NCBI RefSeq assembly: GCF_963921235.1 | Contig: NC_086097.1 | Location: forward strand, 205,222,001 to 205,286,000 | From: Mobula hypostoma | Taxonomy: Eukaryota | DNA: 64,000 bases | Reading direction: 5' to 3' | In this document: one piece after another, positions 13,770 through 27,534 of the stretch | How the letters are laid out: each line of letters begins with the position of its first letter | Numbering within the stretch: the first letter of the stretch is position 1 | Notes under the pieces: model-generated | What the model was told of the DNA's origin: nothing | Databases searched by the model: none | What the model saw: only the letters and a program-made list of their open reading frames with translations | Translations under genes and position numbers: made by a program

Positions 13770-16280
13770 CTTTCACTAAAACTTTGTAACTGATTGAAAC
13801 ATTCCCCATTGCATTAAGCAATAGAATTTCTAGATTGCCAACTCCAAATGAAATCCATCCCAGAAAAAGTGCGTTGCAGTTCTATAGGAAAATATGTTTG
13901 AACAAAACTTTATCAAAAAAAGATTTTGGAACAAAAATCGGTAGTACCTGAAATATATATAGAAATTTTGGCAGAAAAAACATCTTAACTGCATTAATAC
14001 GACCAATCGAAGTTAAATATAAAGGAAACCATTTAGATGAAAGTTGAATAATATGGTCAATTAAGGGTAAAAAGTTAACCTTAAATAAATCTTTGTATTT
14101 ACAAGTAATTTTAATCCCAAGATATGAAAAATAATTATTAATCAATTTAAAGGGAAAGTTATGATATAAGGGAAGTTGTTTATTAATTGGGAAAAGTTCA
14201 CTCTTAGTAAGATTTAATTTATAACCTGAAAAGAGACTAAATTGTGCTAATAACTCTAAAACAGCAGGGATGGATTTTTGAGGATTAGAAATATATAAAA
14301 GTAAGTCGTCAGCATAGTTTATGGGACTTTAAGCCCCGAGTTATCCCAGTAATATTTGGAGATTCTCGAATAGCAATTGCAAGAGGTTCTAATGCAATAT
14401 CAAATAATAAAGGACTAAGAGGACAACCTTGTCAAGTACCTCGAAAAAGAGGGAAAAAAGGTGAGCTTAGAGAGTTAGTACGGACCAAGGCCACAAGAGA
14501 ATGATATAACAGTTTGATCCAGGATATAAATTTCGAGCTAAAATTAAACATTTCAAGCATCTTAAATAAGTAAGGCCATTCTACTCTATCAAAAGCTTTC
14601 TCAGCATCTAAAGAGATAACACACTCAGGAACATTTTGTGAGGGGGTATAAACAATATTTAACAGTGTGTGAATGTTATAAAAAGAGTAACGACCTTTAA
14701 TAAAACCCGTTTGGTCTTCCGAAATAATAAAAGGAAGTACTTTTTCTAATCTGTTTGCTAATAACTTAGAAAAAAATTTAGAATCAACATTTAATAAAGA
14801 TATTGGTCTGTAAGATGCACATTAAGCAGGATCTTTATCCTTCTTTAATATTAGAGAGATTGACGCTCTATTGAAAGATTCGGGAAGTTTACCAAGTTTT
14901 AATGAAGCCTCGAAAACCCTACAGAACCAAGGGATTAATGAAGGTGCAAAACATTTATAAAATTCTATGGTAAACCCATCAGGGCCAGGAGCTTTCCCCA
15001 AGTTCATAAAGGAAATAACATTCTTAATCTCATCAGTGGTAATGGGAGTATCTAGCATAGAAGACATATCCTGTGAAATCTCAGGGAAGTCTAGGTTATC
15101 TAAAAAATCATTCATATATTTAGAGTCTCGAGGAGACTCTGATTGATATAAGGAAGAATAAAAATCAAAGAAGGTTTGATTAATCCCCGCATGATCAAGT
15201 ATCAGTCGGTCATTTTGATTATAAATCTGATTAATTTGAGATTTAGCATAATTAGACTTCAGTTGGTTAGCCAACAGTTTGCCAATTTTGTCACTGTGTA
15301 CATAAAATTCACTTCTTGTTTTCTTTAATTGGTTTACAATCGAGGACAAAAGTAATATGCTGTGTTCCATTTGAAGTTCAGTTCTTTGTTTATATAACTC
15401 CTCAGAGGGAGCTGTAACATATTTCTTATCAATTTCCTTAATCTTGTCCACAATTACCAACTCCTCCTGCTTCAGCTTCTTCCTCAAAGCAGCAGAATAC
15501 GAAATAATCTGACCACGAATATAAGCTTTAAAAGTATCCCAAAGAATGTTCATAGAAATATCCTCTGTATAGTTGATTGTAAAAAAAAGATCAATCTGTT
15601 CATTCATAAAATTAACAAAGTCCGAGTCCTGAAGCAACAGCGAATTAAAACGCCATTGTCTATTATTTTGTGTATTGGCCTGAATTTTAATAGAAAGCTT
15701 AAGTGGAGCATGATCCGAAGTGGTTATAGAGTCATAATCACATTTAATCACTGAAGAAATAAGACGAGAGTCAATAAAGAAATAATCAATTCTTGAATAG
15801 GAATGGTGAACATGTGAAAAAGAAGAAAAATATTTTTCCTGAGGATGCAAAAAACGCCAAATGTCCGTCGACCCAGAATCAGAGAGGAATGAATTAATCA
15901 AAGTTGCAGATTTATTAGGTAAGGCCCGTAGAGGAGCCGAACGGTCCAAAGCTGGAGATAAACAGGTATTAAGATCTCTGCCCCAGATCAATGAAAACTC
16001 ATTCAAATTCGGGAACTGATTGAATAATGATTTATAAAATGCCGGACAGTCCATATTGGGAGCATAAACATTAACCAAAACTACCTTTTTATTAAATATT
16101 AGACCACTAACCAGTAGAAATCTACCATTCGGATCAGAGACAATATCATGTTGTATAAAAGTAACTGAGGAGTCTATAAAAATAGAGACGCCTCGAATCT
16201 TAGCGTTAGAGTTCGAATGAAACTGTTGTTCCTTCCAGAATTTAAAAAAACGTAGTCTGTGCCCCCTCCACACATGGGTA
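13770..16280 (-). mobile_element. L1-clade LINE ORF2 fragment (APE plus RT), truncated at both ends
   Basis: The 483-aa ORF 14822..16273 has NVYAPN, YSRIDYF, SDHAPL, WRFN, WDTFKAYIRG and GKAPGPDGF. After one stop it continues in frame: YRPISLLNVD, DQTGF, SLDAEKAFDRV, QGCPLSP. YADD (about 14300-14315) and YLGI follow after a frameshift. Confidence 0.93.
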
Positions 16281-17125
16281 GAACAGCTCTATGCTCAGTG
16301 CTGAGTCCAGGAGCCACGCTGGATTTTAGGCAGATGCACATCAATTAGCAAACACATTCCTGATTCCTACTATCAATACCAAGTCACTAGAATTTCAAGA
16401 TGGTCATTATAGAAAGGATGAAGTGATGGGATCATAATGATTCCAGCTGTAGAAATGTCAGAAGTTCAAAGGACAAATACTGTGCTTGATTATTTCTTCA
16501 TGGATTTCTGAATATTGTATTCGTTGTCTATGGTTTTCAGCTTGAGCGTGGCCATCAGTCTTATCTCCAACTTTAAATTAAGCCACTTTACTGAAATATG
16601 AAACATTTTAAGACACAAAATTAGAATAATTTTCATTATTATCAAATATAAGCAAGGAATCAAAATGTGTGATTACCCAGTGTCCATTAAATTCAGTGCA
16701 GGTGGCGGCAAATTTACCTTACTTCACACTCAGCCAAAGACATCCACAACCTCTTTGGTCAGCCAGCCCTAAGAGCTGGACTGCTATCCAAACTGGATGG
16801 CACATGTTAAAGCTAAACTCCATGGCTTAAAGAATGCCAATATCTATTTGAATTGTAATACAGGATGGAATGAATGCCACTCTGGGATATTATCAAGAGA
16901 CACATATTCTGTAAAATATTTTTTGATGCACTGAAGGCTTTGGTGGAGGAGGTGCAATGTGGAATCATTCGCAATCTCCAGAGGCACAGAAACACCAACT
17001 GTCTTTATATCAGACATTTAAGGGAGGACAATGCCAGGTCCTTAGCAGTGACAGGTGTTGAAAGTATACTCTCTGGTCACATCAACTTTCAACATTCAAA
17101 GTAAATAATTTGTTATCAAAGTACA

Positions 17126-18035
17126 TACTCACTCAATGTCAACAAAACCAAAGAGCTGATTATTGATGACGGAAGAGGAAACCGGAGGTTCACGGGCCAG
17201 TCTTTATCAAGGGATCAGAGGTAGAGATGGTCAGCATCTTTAAATCTCTTGGTGTATCATTTCAGAGGATCTGTCCTGGATCCAGCATATAGGAAAGAAG
17301 GCACATAATGCCTCATCTTTCTAAGAAGTTTGCACAGATTCAGCATGTTATCCAGAACTTTAATAAACTTCTATAGATAGGCTGTGGAAAATATATTGAC
17401 TGGTTACAGCACAGCCTGGTTTAGGAACACCAGTTCCCTTGAAGGAAATGTCCTACAAAAATGTAATGGATATGGCTCAGTCCATCACCAGTAAAGCCCT
17501 CCCCAATACTGAGCACAGTTACAAGGAGTGCTGTCATAGGAAAGCATCATCCATCATTAAGGACCCCCACTATTTGAGCCATGCACTCTTCTGACTACTG
17601 CCATCAGGATTGAGGTGCAGGAGTCGTTGGTCCCACATCATGAGGTTCAGAAACAGTTATTACCCCTCAACTTTAAGGTTCTTGAACCAGAGTGGATAAC
17701 TTCACTCTCCCGAATACTGAACTGATTCCTTAACCTATGGACTCACTTCTAAAGACTCTACAACTCATTGAACATAGAACATAGAAATCTACAGCACATT
17801 ACAGGCCCTTCGGCCCACAATGTTGTGCCGACCATGTAACCTACTCTAGAAACTGCCTAGTGCTCATGTTCTCAATAATTATTGCTTATTTATTTAGTAC
17901 TTACACAATTTGTTGTCTTTTGAACTCTAGTTGTTTGTCCATCTTTGTTTCTCATTGATTTTATTGTGCTTCTTTGTATCTACTGTGAATTACCACAAGA
18001 AAAGGAATCTCAGGTTTGTATATGTTGACATATAC
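17126..18035 (+). mobile_element. Degraded Rex1/Babar LINE 3' part, with a short CR1 tail inserted at about 17769-17862
   Basis: LSLNVNKTKEL-like start, catccatcattaaggaccccc and ctgccatcagg, homologous to the C-terminus of the Rex1 copy at 41050-41570. The inserted (aacatag)n CR1 tail is flanked by ctcat on both sides. Confidence 0.75.
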
Positions 18036-18584
18036 AGTACTGTGTGCAAGAGATAGATAGATAGGTAGACAACAAACCTACCTATAGATAAATAGGTAGA
18101 CACCCTAGCATGTGCACTCCACAGCTTTTGCACTGTACTGTATTGGTCAACAATGAAGCAGAAAGTGAGTTTTCAAATCTGTCTGGAGCAAAGGATGCTG
18201 GGTATGGTGAAGATAGAGCGCCACAGAAGGGGCAGATGGCAGAGAAGAAGTGACAAGGCAGGGGACGGCATGGTCACAGACAGAATCAGCCCTGAGACAT
18301 CAGGCAATGTCATTTGATTCCAAACAATTAGTTTATTGATCATTACAGAATATCTTTCTGGTGCTTTTACACCCTTCCTTCCCCTTTCCCAACCATAATT
18401 CCCCACTTGCTGATCCATTCCCACTCTCAGTGCACAATAGAGACCCGTATCAGAATCAGGTTTATCATCATTCACATATGTCATGAAATTAGTTTTTGTT
18501 TTACCCCTGCTATATATACGTGCCCAATAGTACTGTATGTACTTTGACAATAAATTTACTTCGAACTTTCAATATTATTTGATG

Positions 18585-19270
18585 GTAATGATGATGATGA
18601 AGGCGGAGGCATCCTTCTATCTTGAAGGGCAATGGATTTGTGGCAATGCAGTGACCTCTCCAGGGCACAAGTATACATAGAAAGTATGGAGATCCTGACA
18701 TGCCCAGTCATTAAGATCCCCCTCTCAGCCTCACCAGTGTGGCCCAAAGGAAAGCAAAGCAATACGTTTGGCACCATCTCGGCTGCAGAAGCTGCTGGAA
18801 GAATGTTCATTGACGTCCAGCTGCTTTATCTGGCTCCACTCCAGATTTTCTGTCTGGGTTTACTCCCATGGCCCTTGTCGCTCCAGAGGCTGCCAACAAG
18901 GCTATCTACCCATTGCTGGGGATCTGGTTCACAAGCGTGTCCACACGGTAATTGGCCTGCGTGTTACGTGTGCAAGAGGCAGACCTCCTCCCAATTCTCT
19001 GTAGTTCACCCTGAGTCCAAAAGGAGTTCAGTTTCCGTGTACCACCATTCAGGAGGTACTACATGAGGTTTGCTCTTGGAGAAGCTATACTTATACTTTA
19101 TACTTTATTGTCGCCAAACAATTGATACTAGAACATACAATCATCACAGCCATATTTGATTCTGTATGTACTGGCAGGGAGAGACTTACGCATTCAGGTC
19201 TCCTTGTTGCGAGACTGTTAGCCAGCGGGGGAAGCTGAAAGCAAGGGCAATGAGCACTAACCACTACACT
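18585..19270 (-). mobile_element. Probable RTE-related non-autonomous element with a (CAT)n tail, carrying a small insert at about 19091-19165
   Basis: (gat)n tail followed by ggcatcc...ctc/ttg...atggat. The same terminal motif occurs at 37556-37610. The family call is from pattern recall only. Confidence 0.45.
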
Positions 19271-19451
19271 TCCACACAAGAGGCATCACAACAACCATTT
19301 GACGCACAAATTCATAAGTATGTCACCTTAAGATTCATTTTCTTGCAGGTATTTGCAGGAAAACAAAGAAATACAAAAGAAACAACTAAAACAAAAACAG
19401 ACAAAATAACAATGTACAAAAGAATACAATCTGAGCAAATAAAAATAAGTA

Positions 19452-20200
19452 AGTGAGCAGCCCTTTAGCCCCTGGCTAACAGCCACCGGACTCAGCAGTG
19501 TGAAAACCAGCTTTTACAGACTCCATACGTTTGGGGTCGATATGATTTGGGTCCCAACAAACCCAGGAGGTTGGGATAGCTCGCTCACCAGAACCCCGGA
19601 CTGAGTGAATGCTGCCCACTTGCAATTACCCATCAGCAAAAATAACAGATCATATACTGCAGACAATTACAAAGGAAGTATATTTACAAATTTCAGCTTT
19701 ATCAAACTTTTAGTAGAAAAGAAAAACAAAATAAATAAAAAGGGCCTATCACAGTTAACCCAGTTCAAATGTGCACTAAGTTGGAGCTCATCTTTAAGTC
19801 GCATGCTGGACCCACCATCTGCGTGAAAGCAAACACCACCTTCCGAATGTCGCTAAGAATCCGCCTCAGACAAACAGGATCCTGCACAGGAGTATTGGTC
19901 CTTCCTCCTGGAAGCCATTCATCCTCAGCCATCTTCCGTCCTGTCTTCTCCCAGCTCCCGCCGAAAGGACCTCAACCCACACCGTGTCCGTCACAAAAGC
20001 CTGTCCGCCCAGCATTCTCTAGAACCCTCTCCCAATTCGGTCACCCTGATTAGATGACATTACATTCCTAAGCATGAACATCACAACCCCTTACCTTCAG
20101 CTCAAACCCAAACATGCTGAAAGAACAGACTGCTCTTACAGAACTCCTAAAAATAAAATATCTACAGCATAGCAGTAAAAGACTTAACCAGTGTGTTACA
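19452..20200. mobile_element. Solo-LTR-like insertion within a Rex1 3' remnant (19275-20510, minus strand)
   Basis: A non-coding, relatively CpG-rich block ending in ...gtgttaca that interrupts a continuous Rex1 3'UTR (aaataaaaataa / taaataataaataacactgag). It shares a motif with 43140-43715. Confidence 0.5.
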
Positions 20201-20737
20201 TAAATAATAAATAACACTGAGAACATTTGAGTTGTAAAGTCCTTGACAGTCTGTAGGTTGTGGATTCAGTTCAGAGTTGAAGTGAATGAAGATAACAACA
20301 CTGGTTTAGGAACCTGGTGCTTGGAGGGTAATACTGTTCCTGAACCTGGTGGTATAGGCCCTAAGGGTCCTGTATTAACGTCCCGATGGCAGCAGTGAAA
20401 AGAGGGCATGGTCTGGATGGTGGGAGTCCAAGATAATGGATGCTGCTTTTTTGTGGCAGTGTTCCTTATAAATGTACTCAATAGTGGACAGGGCTTTGCC
20501 TGTGATAGATAATAGTGTTAACAGTGAAGTCAATTATGGGCAGCTTCACTGATTTGCACAATGGAGAAGAAAAAGTGTGGTTGTTTTGTTAAATGCTGAA
20601 GGACACTCTGACTACAGACTAAAGCTCTGAAGACATTATTTTTCCATTATGAATTTGATTAATTTAATGCCAAAGCAAAGTGTATTGTTTCAATTGTTTC
20701 TCTGCCACCTTACCCTTGCATTTTCTATTGCAAGATT

Positions 20738-23700
20738 TAGAAACATAGAAAATCTACAGCACAATACAGACCCTTTGGCCCACGATACTGTGCTGAGCAT
20801 GTACTTATTTTAGATATTACCCAGGGTTACCCATAGCCCCTCTATTTTTCTAAGCTCCATGTACCTGTCCAAGAGTCTCCTAAAAGACCCCATCATACCC
20901 ACCACCATCAACATCGCTGGCAGCCCATTCAACTCCCTCACCATCCTCTGCGTAAAAAAAACTTGTCCCTGACATCTTCTCTATAGCTACATCTTCTCTA
21001 TAGCTACTTCCAAGCACCTTAAAACTGTGCCCTCTTGTGTTAGCCATTTCAGCCTTGGGAAAAAGCCTCTGACATGATCAATGCCTCTCATCATCTTATA
21101 CACCTCTTATCCTCCGTCGCTCCAAGGAGAAAAGGCCAAGTCCACCCAACCTGTGGTCATAGGGCATGCTTCCCAATCCAGGAAACATCCTTGTAAATCT
21201 CCTCTGCACCCCTTCTATAGTTTCCACATCCTTCCTGTAGTAGTAGCAGTCGTAGTAGTAGTAGTCATACTTTATTGATCCCGGGGGAAATTGGTTTTCG
21301 TTACAGTTGCACCATAAATAATAAATAGTAATAGAACCATAAATAGTTAAATAGTAATATGTAAATTATGCCAGTAAATTATGAAATAAGTCCAGGACCA
21401 GCCTATTGGCTCAGGGTGTCTGACCCTCCAAGGGAGGAGTTGAAAAGTTTGATGGCCACAGGCAGGAATGACTTCCTATGACGCTCTGTGCTGCATCTCG
21501 ATGGAATGAGTCTCTGGCTGAATGTACTCCTGTGCCCACCCAGTACATTATGTAGTGGATGGGAGACATTGACCAAGATGGCATGCAACTTAGACAGCAT
21601 CCTCTTTTCAGACATCACTCTGAGAGAGTCCAGTCCCATCCCCACAACATCACTGGCCTTACGAATGAGTTTGTTGATTCTGTTGGTGTCTGCTACCCTC
21701 AGCCTGCTGCCCCAGCACACAACAGCAAACATGATAGCACTGGCCACCACAGACTCGTAGAACATCCTCAGCATCATCCGGCAGATGTTAAAGGACCTTA
21801 ATCTCCTCAGGAAATAGAGACGGCTCTGACCCTTCTTTTAGACAGCCTCAGTGTTCTTAGACCAGTCCAGTTTATTCTCAATTCATATCCCCAGGTATTT
21901 GTAATCCTCCACCATGTCCACACTGACCCCCCGATGGAAACAGGGGTCACCGGTACCTTAGCTCTCCTCAGGTCTACCACCAGCTCCTTAGTCTTTTTCA
22001 CATTAAGCTGCAGATAATTCTGCTCACACCATGTGACAAAGTTTCCTACCGTAGCCCTGTACTCAACCTCATCTCCCTTGCTGATGCATCCAACTATGGC
22101 AGAGTCATCTGAAAACTTCTGAAGATGACAAGACTCTGTGCAGTAGTTGAAGTCCGAGGTGTAAATGGTGAAGAGAAAGGGAGACAAGACAGTCCCCTGT
22201 GGAGCCCCAGTGCTGCTGATCACTCTGTTGGACACACAGTGTTGCAAGCACACGTACTGTGGTCTGCCAGTCAGGTAATCAAGAATCCATGATACCAGGG
22301 AAGCATCCACCTGCATAGCTGTCAGCTTCTCCCCCAGCAGAGCAGGGCAGATGATGTTGAACGCACTGGAGAAGTCAAAAAACATGACCCTCACAGTGCT
22401 CGCTGGCTTGTCCAGGTGGATGTAGACACGGTTCAGTAGGTAGACGATGGCATCCTCAATTCCTAGTCGGGGCTGGTAGACGAACTGGAGGGGATCTAAG
22501 TGTGGCCTGACCATAGGCCGTTGCAGCTCCAGAACAAGTCTGTCCAGAGTCTTCATGATGTGAGAGGTCAATGCCACCGGTCTGTAGTCATTGAGGCCGC
22601 TGGGGCACGGCCTCTTCGGCACAGGGACGATGCAGGACGTCTTCCACAGTACAGGAACCCTCCAGAGCCTCACGCTCATGTTGAATACATGGCGAAGTAC
22701 TCCACATAGCTGAGGGGCACAGGCTTTGAGCACCCTGGTACTGACACCATCCGGTCCTGCAGCCTTGCTTGGGTTGAGACATTTCAGCTGTCTTCTCACC
22801 TGTTCAGCCATGAAGCCCACTGTGGTGGTTTCGTGTGGGGGAGGGGTATAGTCATGAGAGCATGGTGGGGGACTATGAGGAGGGGTAGGAGGGGAGAGTG
22901 GAATATGTGTTTGTTGGGGGCCGTCAACAGACGGCTCATCTGGGGAATGGGCAGGGGCCACAATGTCAAATATGTTAAAGAACAGGTTAAGCTCATTGGC
23001 CCTGTCCACACTGTCTTCAGCTACTCTGTTGCTAGTTTGCCGAAACCTAGTGATGGTCCTCATCCCCCTCCAGACCTCTCTCATGTTGTTCTGCTGGAGC
23101 TTCCACTCAAGTTTCCTCCTGTATCTGTCTTTAGCCTCCCTGATCCTGGCTTTAAGGTCCCTCTGTATTGCCATCAGCTCCTCCCTATTTCCATCTCTAA
23201 ACACCCTCTTTTTAGCGTTCAGGATGTCCTTAATGTCCTTTGTCACCCATGGCTTGTTATTTGAATAACAAAGGACAGTTCTTGTCGGAACATTGCCATC
23301 CACACAGAAGTTAATGTAATCGGTGATGCATTCTGTGAGCCCATCAATATCCTCTTCATGTGGCTCACAGAGTGCCTGCCAGTCTTTCACCTCAAAACAA
23401 CCCTGGAGCACCTCATAAGCCTCCTCCGACTATTTCCTTACTGTCCTCGAGGTTGCAGGTGCTAGTGAGGTGACCAGAACTGAGCACTGTTCTCCAAGTG
23501 AGGTCTGACCAGGGTCTTATAAAGCTGTAACATTACCTCGTGGCTCTTAAACTCAATCCCACAGTTGATGAAGGTCAATGAACTGTATGCCTTCTAAACC
23601 ACATAGCCAACCTGCGCAGCGGCTTTGAGTGTCCTATGGACTCGGACCCCAAGATCCCTCTGATCCTCCACACTGCCAAGAGTCTTATCATTAATGCTAT

Positions 23701-26100
23701 ATTCTGCCATCGTATTTGACCTACCAAAATGAACCATCTCACACTTATCTGGGTTGAACTCCATCTGCCACTTCTCAGTCCAATTTTGCATCCTATCAAT
23801 ATCCCACTGTAACCTCTGACAGCCCTCCACACTGTCGACAACACCCTCAACCTTTGTATCATCAGCAAATTTACTAACCCATCCCTGCACTTCCTCATCC
23901 AGATCATTTATAAAAATCATGAAGAGTAGGGGTCCCAGAACAGATCCCTGAGGCACACCACTGCTCACTGACCTCCATGCAGAATATGACCCATCTAAAA
24001 CCACCTTGCCTTCTGTGGGAAGCCAATTCTGGATCCAAAGCAATGTCCCCTTGGATCCCATGCCTCCTTACTTTCTCAATAAGCCTTGCATGGGGTACCT
24101 TATCAAATGCCTTGCTGAAATCCATATACACTACATCTACTGCTCTATCATCATCGGTGTGTTTAGTCACATCCTCAAAATATTCAATCAGGCTTGTAAG
24201 GCATGACCTGCCTTTGACAAAGCCATGTTGACTATTCCTAATCATATTATTCCTCTCCAGATGTTCATAAATCCTGCTCCATCAATTTACCAACCACTGA
24301 TAAAAGACTCACTGGTCTATAACATCCCAGGCTATCTCTACTCCCTTTCTTGAATAAGGGTACAATCTCTGCAACCCTCCAATCCTCTAGAACCTCTCCT
24401 GTCCCCATTGATGATGGAAATATAATTTTCAGAGGCTCAGTAATCTCCTCCCTTGCCTCCCACAGTAGCCTGGGGTATATCTTGTTCGGTCCCGGTGATT
24501 TATCCAACGTGATGCTTTCCAAAAGCTCTTTCCTAATGTTTATATGCTCAAGCTTTTCAATCCACTGTAAGTCATCCCTACAATCACCAAGATCCTTTTC
24601 TGTAGTGAATACTGAAGCAAAGTATTCATTAAGTACCTCTGCTGTCTCCTTCGGTTCCATACACACTTTTCCACTGTCACACTTGATTAGTAGCATTCTC
24701 TCATGTCTTATCCTCTTGCTCTTCACATACTTGTAGAATGCCTTGAGGTTTTCCTTAATCCTGCTCACCAAGGCCTTCTCATGGCCCCTTCTGGCTCTCC
24801 TAATTTCATTCTTAAGCTCCTTCCTGCTAGCCTTATAATTTTCTAGATCTCTATCTTCACCTAGCTTTTTGAACCTTTCGTAAGCTTTTCTTTTCTTCTT
24901 GACTAGATTTTCAACAGCCTTTGTACACCACAGCTCCTGTACCCTACCATCCTTTCCCTGTCTCTTAGTACATACCTATGCAGAACGCCACGCAAATATC
25001 CCCTGAACATTTGTCACATTTCTGTTGTACATTTCCCTGAGAACATCTGTTCCCAATTTATGCTTCCAAGTTCCTGCCTGATAGAATCACATTTCCCCTT
25101 ACTCCAATTAAACACTTTCCTAACTTGTCTGTTCCTATCCCTCTCCAATGATTATGATCACGATCTCCAAAGTGCTCTCCCACTGAGACACCTGACACCT
25201 GACCAGGTTCAGTTCCCAATATCAGATCAAGTACAGCCTCTCCTCTTGTAAGCTTATATACAAATTGTGTCAGAAACCTTCCTGAACACACCTAACAAAC
25301 TCCACCCCATCTAAACCTTTCGCTCTAGGGAGATGCCAATCGATATTTGGGAAATTAAAATCTCCCACCACAGCAGCCCTGTTATTATTACACCTTTCCG
25401 GAATCTGTTTCCCCATCTTCTCCTCGATGTCCCTGTTACTATTTGGAACTCTATATAAAAAAAAACACCCAGTAGAGTTATTGACCCCTTTCCATTCCTA
25501 ACTTCCACCCACAGAGACTCAGTAGACAATCCTTCCATGAATTCCTCCTTTTCTGCAGCCATGACACTATCTCTGATCAACAGTGCCACACCCCCACCTT
25601 TTTTGCCGCCTTCCCTGTCCTTTCTGAAACATCTAAAGTCTGGCACTCTAAGTAACCGTTCCTGCCCTTGAGCCATCCAAGTCTCTATATGGCCACAATA
25701 TCATAGCTCCAAGTATTGATCCAGGCTCTAAGCTCATCCGCTTTGTTCATGATGCTTCTTTCATTAAAATGGACACATCTCAAACCATCGGTCTGAGTGC
25801 TTCCCTTCTCTATCACCTACCTATTCTCCCTCTCTCAGTTTCTACAAGCTTTCTCTATTTGTGAGACAATCGCCCCTTCCTCCGTCTTTTCAGTTCGGTT
25901 CCCACCCCCCAGAAATTCTAGTTTAATCTCTCCACAATAGTCTTAGCAAACCTCCCCCCCAGGATATTGGTCCCCCTTGCATTCAAGTGCAACCCATTCT
26001 TTTTTTTTTAAACAGGTCATGCCTGCCCAGAAGAGATCCCAGTGATCTAGAAATCTGAATCCCTGCCCCCTACTCCAATCCCTCTGCCACGCATTTATCC
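20738..26100 (-). mobile_element. CR1 LINE (copy C: end of ORF1 through to the tail), split by the Rex1 insertion at 21240-23461
   Basis: Same family as copy A. Tail tagaaacatagaaaatctacagc at 20738. RT motifs in ORFs 23594..24061, 23904..24245 and 24265..24771; APE in 25311..25676. Confidence 0.92.
21240..23461 (-). mobile_element. Young 5'-truncated Rex1/Babar LINE with a (CTA)n tail
   Basis: The 534-aa ORF 21807..23411 has NNKPW, KAAGPDGV, NDYRPVALTS, LDPLQF, FFDFSSAFN, GAPQGTVLSP, FSDD and LNVKKTKEL. A frameshift lies at about 21935, and the C-terminus is in 21403..21777. The tail reads (tag)n on + at 21238-21265. Confidence 0.95.
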
Positions 26101-26477
26101 TTCACTTTACTTTGACTTCACTCTGCTTTATTAAGTGCCATTTATTTCAAGTCTAAGACTATTACCATTGTTTTGGATACTTTCTGAACTTTCTTCCTTC
26201 CATAATATTAAATTTGTCCAAGAGTATTTCTTGTGGTTTGCAGTGCCAATTCCATGCCAAAGAGAAATCTATGACTTTGATGAATTATTCTGCTGAAATA
26301 AGAATCCTGTTCTATAATTTAGCACATTTCTGTTTTTTTTATACTACAGATCGAGTTTATGTCCTAGATTTAAGATGCTCTAAAAATATGACATAGTATC
26401 CCAAAGGACCTTTTCTTTGTGTCATCTTTTATTACCATGTAGCGGTATAACTGTTAACAAATCATCCTGAGGCTTAG

Positions 26478-26830
26478 ATGGTATCATGGTACAGCTAGTA
26501 GAGCTACTGCCTCGATACCAGAGACTTGGGTTTGACTCTGAGCTCGGTTGTTGTCTGTATAGAGTTTGCATATTCTCTTATGATAACATGTTTTCCTCTG
26601 ACTACTTTGTTTCACCCACATCCCAAAGAGACATGGGTCTATCGGTTACTTGGCCTCTACAAATTGTGCCAAGGGTGTATGCAAGTCGTAGAACTTGGAG
26701 GGAGTTGATCAGAATATGGGGAGAATAAAAAATGAGATTAACGTTGGATTAGTTTAACTGAGTTGTTGGAGGCCTCCACTGACCTAATCGCCCACAGTAC
26801 TGGTCTTCATGCCCATCTCTCTCAGCCTCT
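26478..26830 (+). mobile_element. Degraded tRNA-derived V-SINE (HE1-like)
   Basis: A-box-like tggtacagctagtag and B-box-like gggtttgactc. These are followed by a V-SINE-like core (tgtctgtatagagtttgcatattctc...tttcacccacatcccaaaga) and a decayed tail. Confidence 0.7.
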
Positions 26831-27534
26831 ATCACTCTTTAAAGCAATTTACAAATTTTCACCCTCAGCTGACAGTATACAATAATGTTTTAGATATGAC
26901 CTCCTCCTTGTGAACTATTTAATATGCTATAGCAAGATGCATTACTGTAAAATCAATATTTTCTCAATTCTTTCCATATGCATTTGAAAATGTTTCTTGC
27001 TTATTGCTCTAATTTTAATGGCTAAACCTTCCAATCAAATCATTTTTTACACTTCCTCTTCCCATTACCTTGCAGAGGTGACTGTGAATTTTTATAGGTT
27101 GGATAATTTATCCATTAAAGTAGAAATGAAAGTATTTTCAGATAAATGTGGGCAAGCAATTATAGGTTACTATTGCGAGACATTATTTCAGGCCCTGCTG
27201 CTTGAGATATGTTGGCTAGGGATTTAACTGCAGAGAAAAATGTGTCTTAATACACTGCCTCTCAGGGAGCCTGCAACTTCCTTTGAAAAGGGCCTCAGCT
27301 ACTTTGAACATCTGCACACACAGTCAAAGATTTTTAATGAAGTGGAATAAGAACTATATCTTACATGTGAAAATAATTGAGATTGCAGAAGTATACTGGG
27401 GGGAAGGAATGGTATGTTAAGATGATCCATGTTGAAGACTTGGATCTTGGGTGGGGATAGCAAGGTGGGAAAAGAGTTAGCAGAGGTGAGGATACATATG
27501 GGGCTGGAAGATTTGCAGTATTGAAGGGTGCTGT

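Noticed and set aside
14822..16273. 483-aa ORF as a host gene
   Set aside because: It is the endonuclease and linker part of an L1 ORF2 and continues into a disrupted RT.
21807..23411. 534-aa RT ORF as a functional or domesticated gene, or a prokaryotic RT system
   Set aside because: It is a 5'-truncated Rex1 LINE copy with a frameshift, downstream stops and a microsatellite tail.
26478..26550. tRNA gene
   Set aside because: It has only degenerate A and B boxes with no cloverleaf, and is the head of a SINE.
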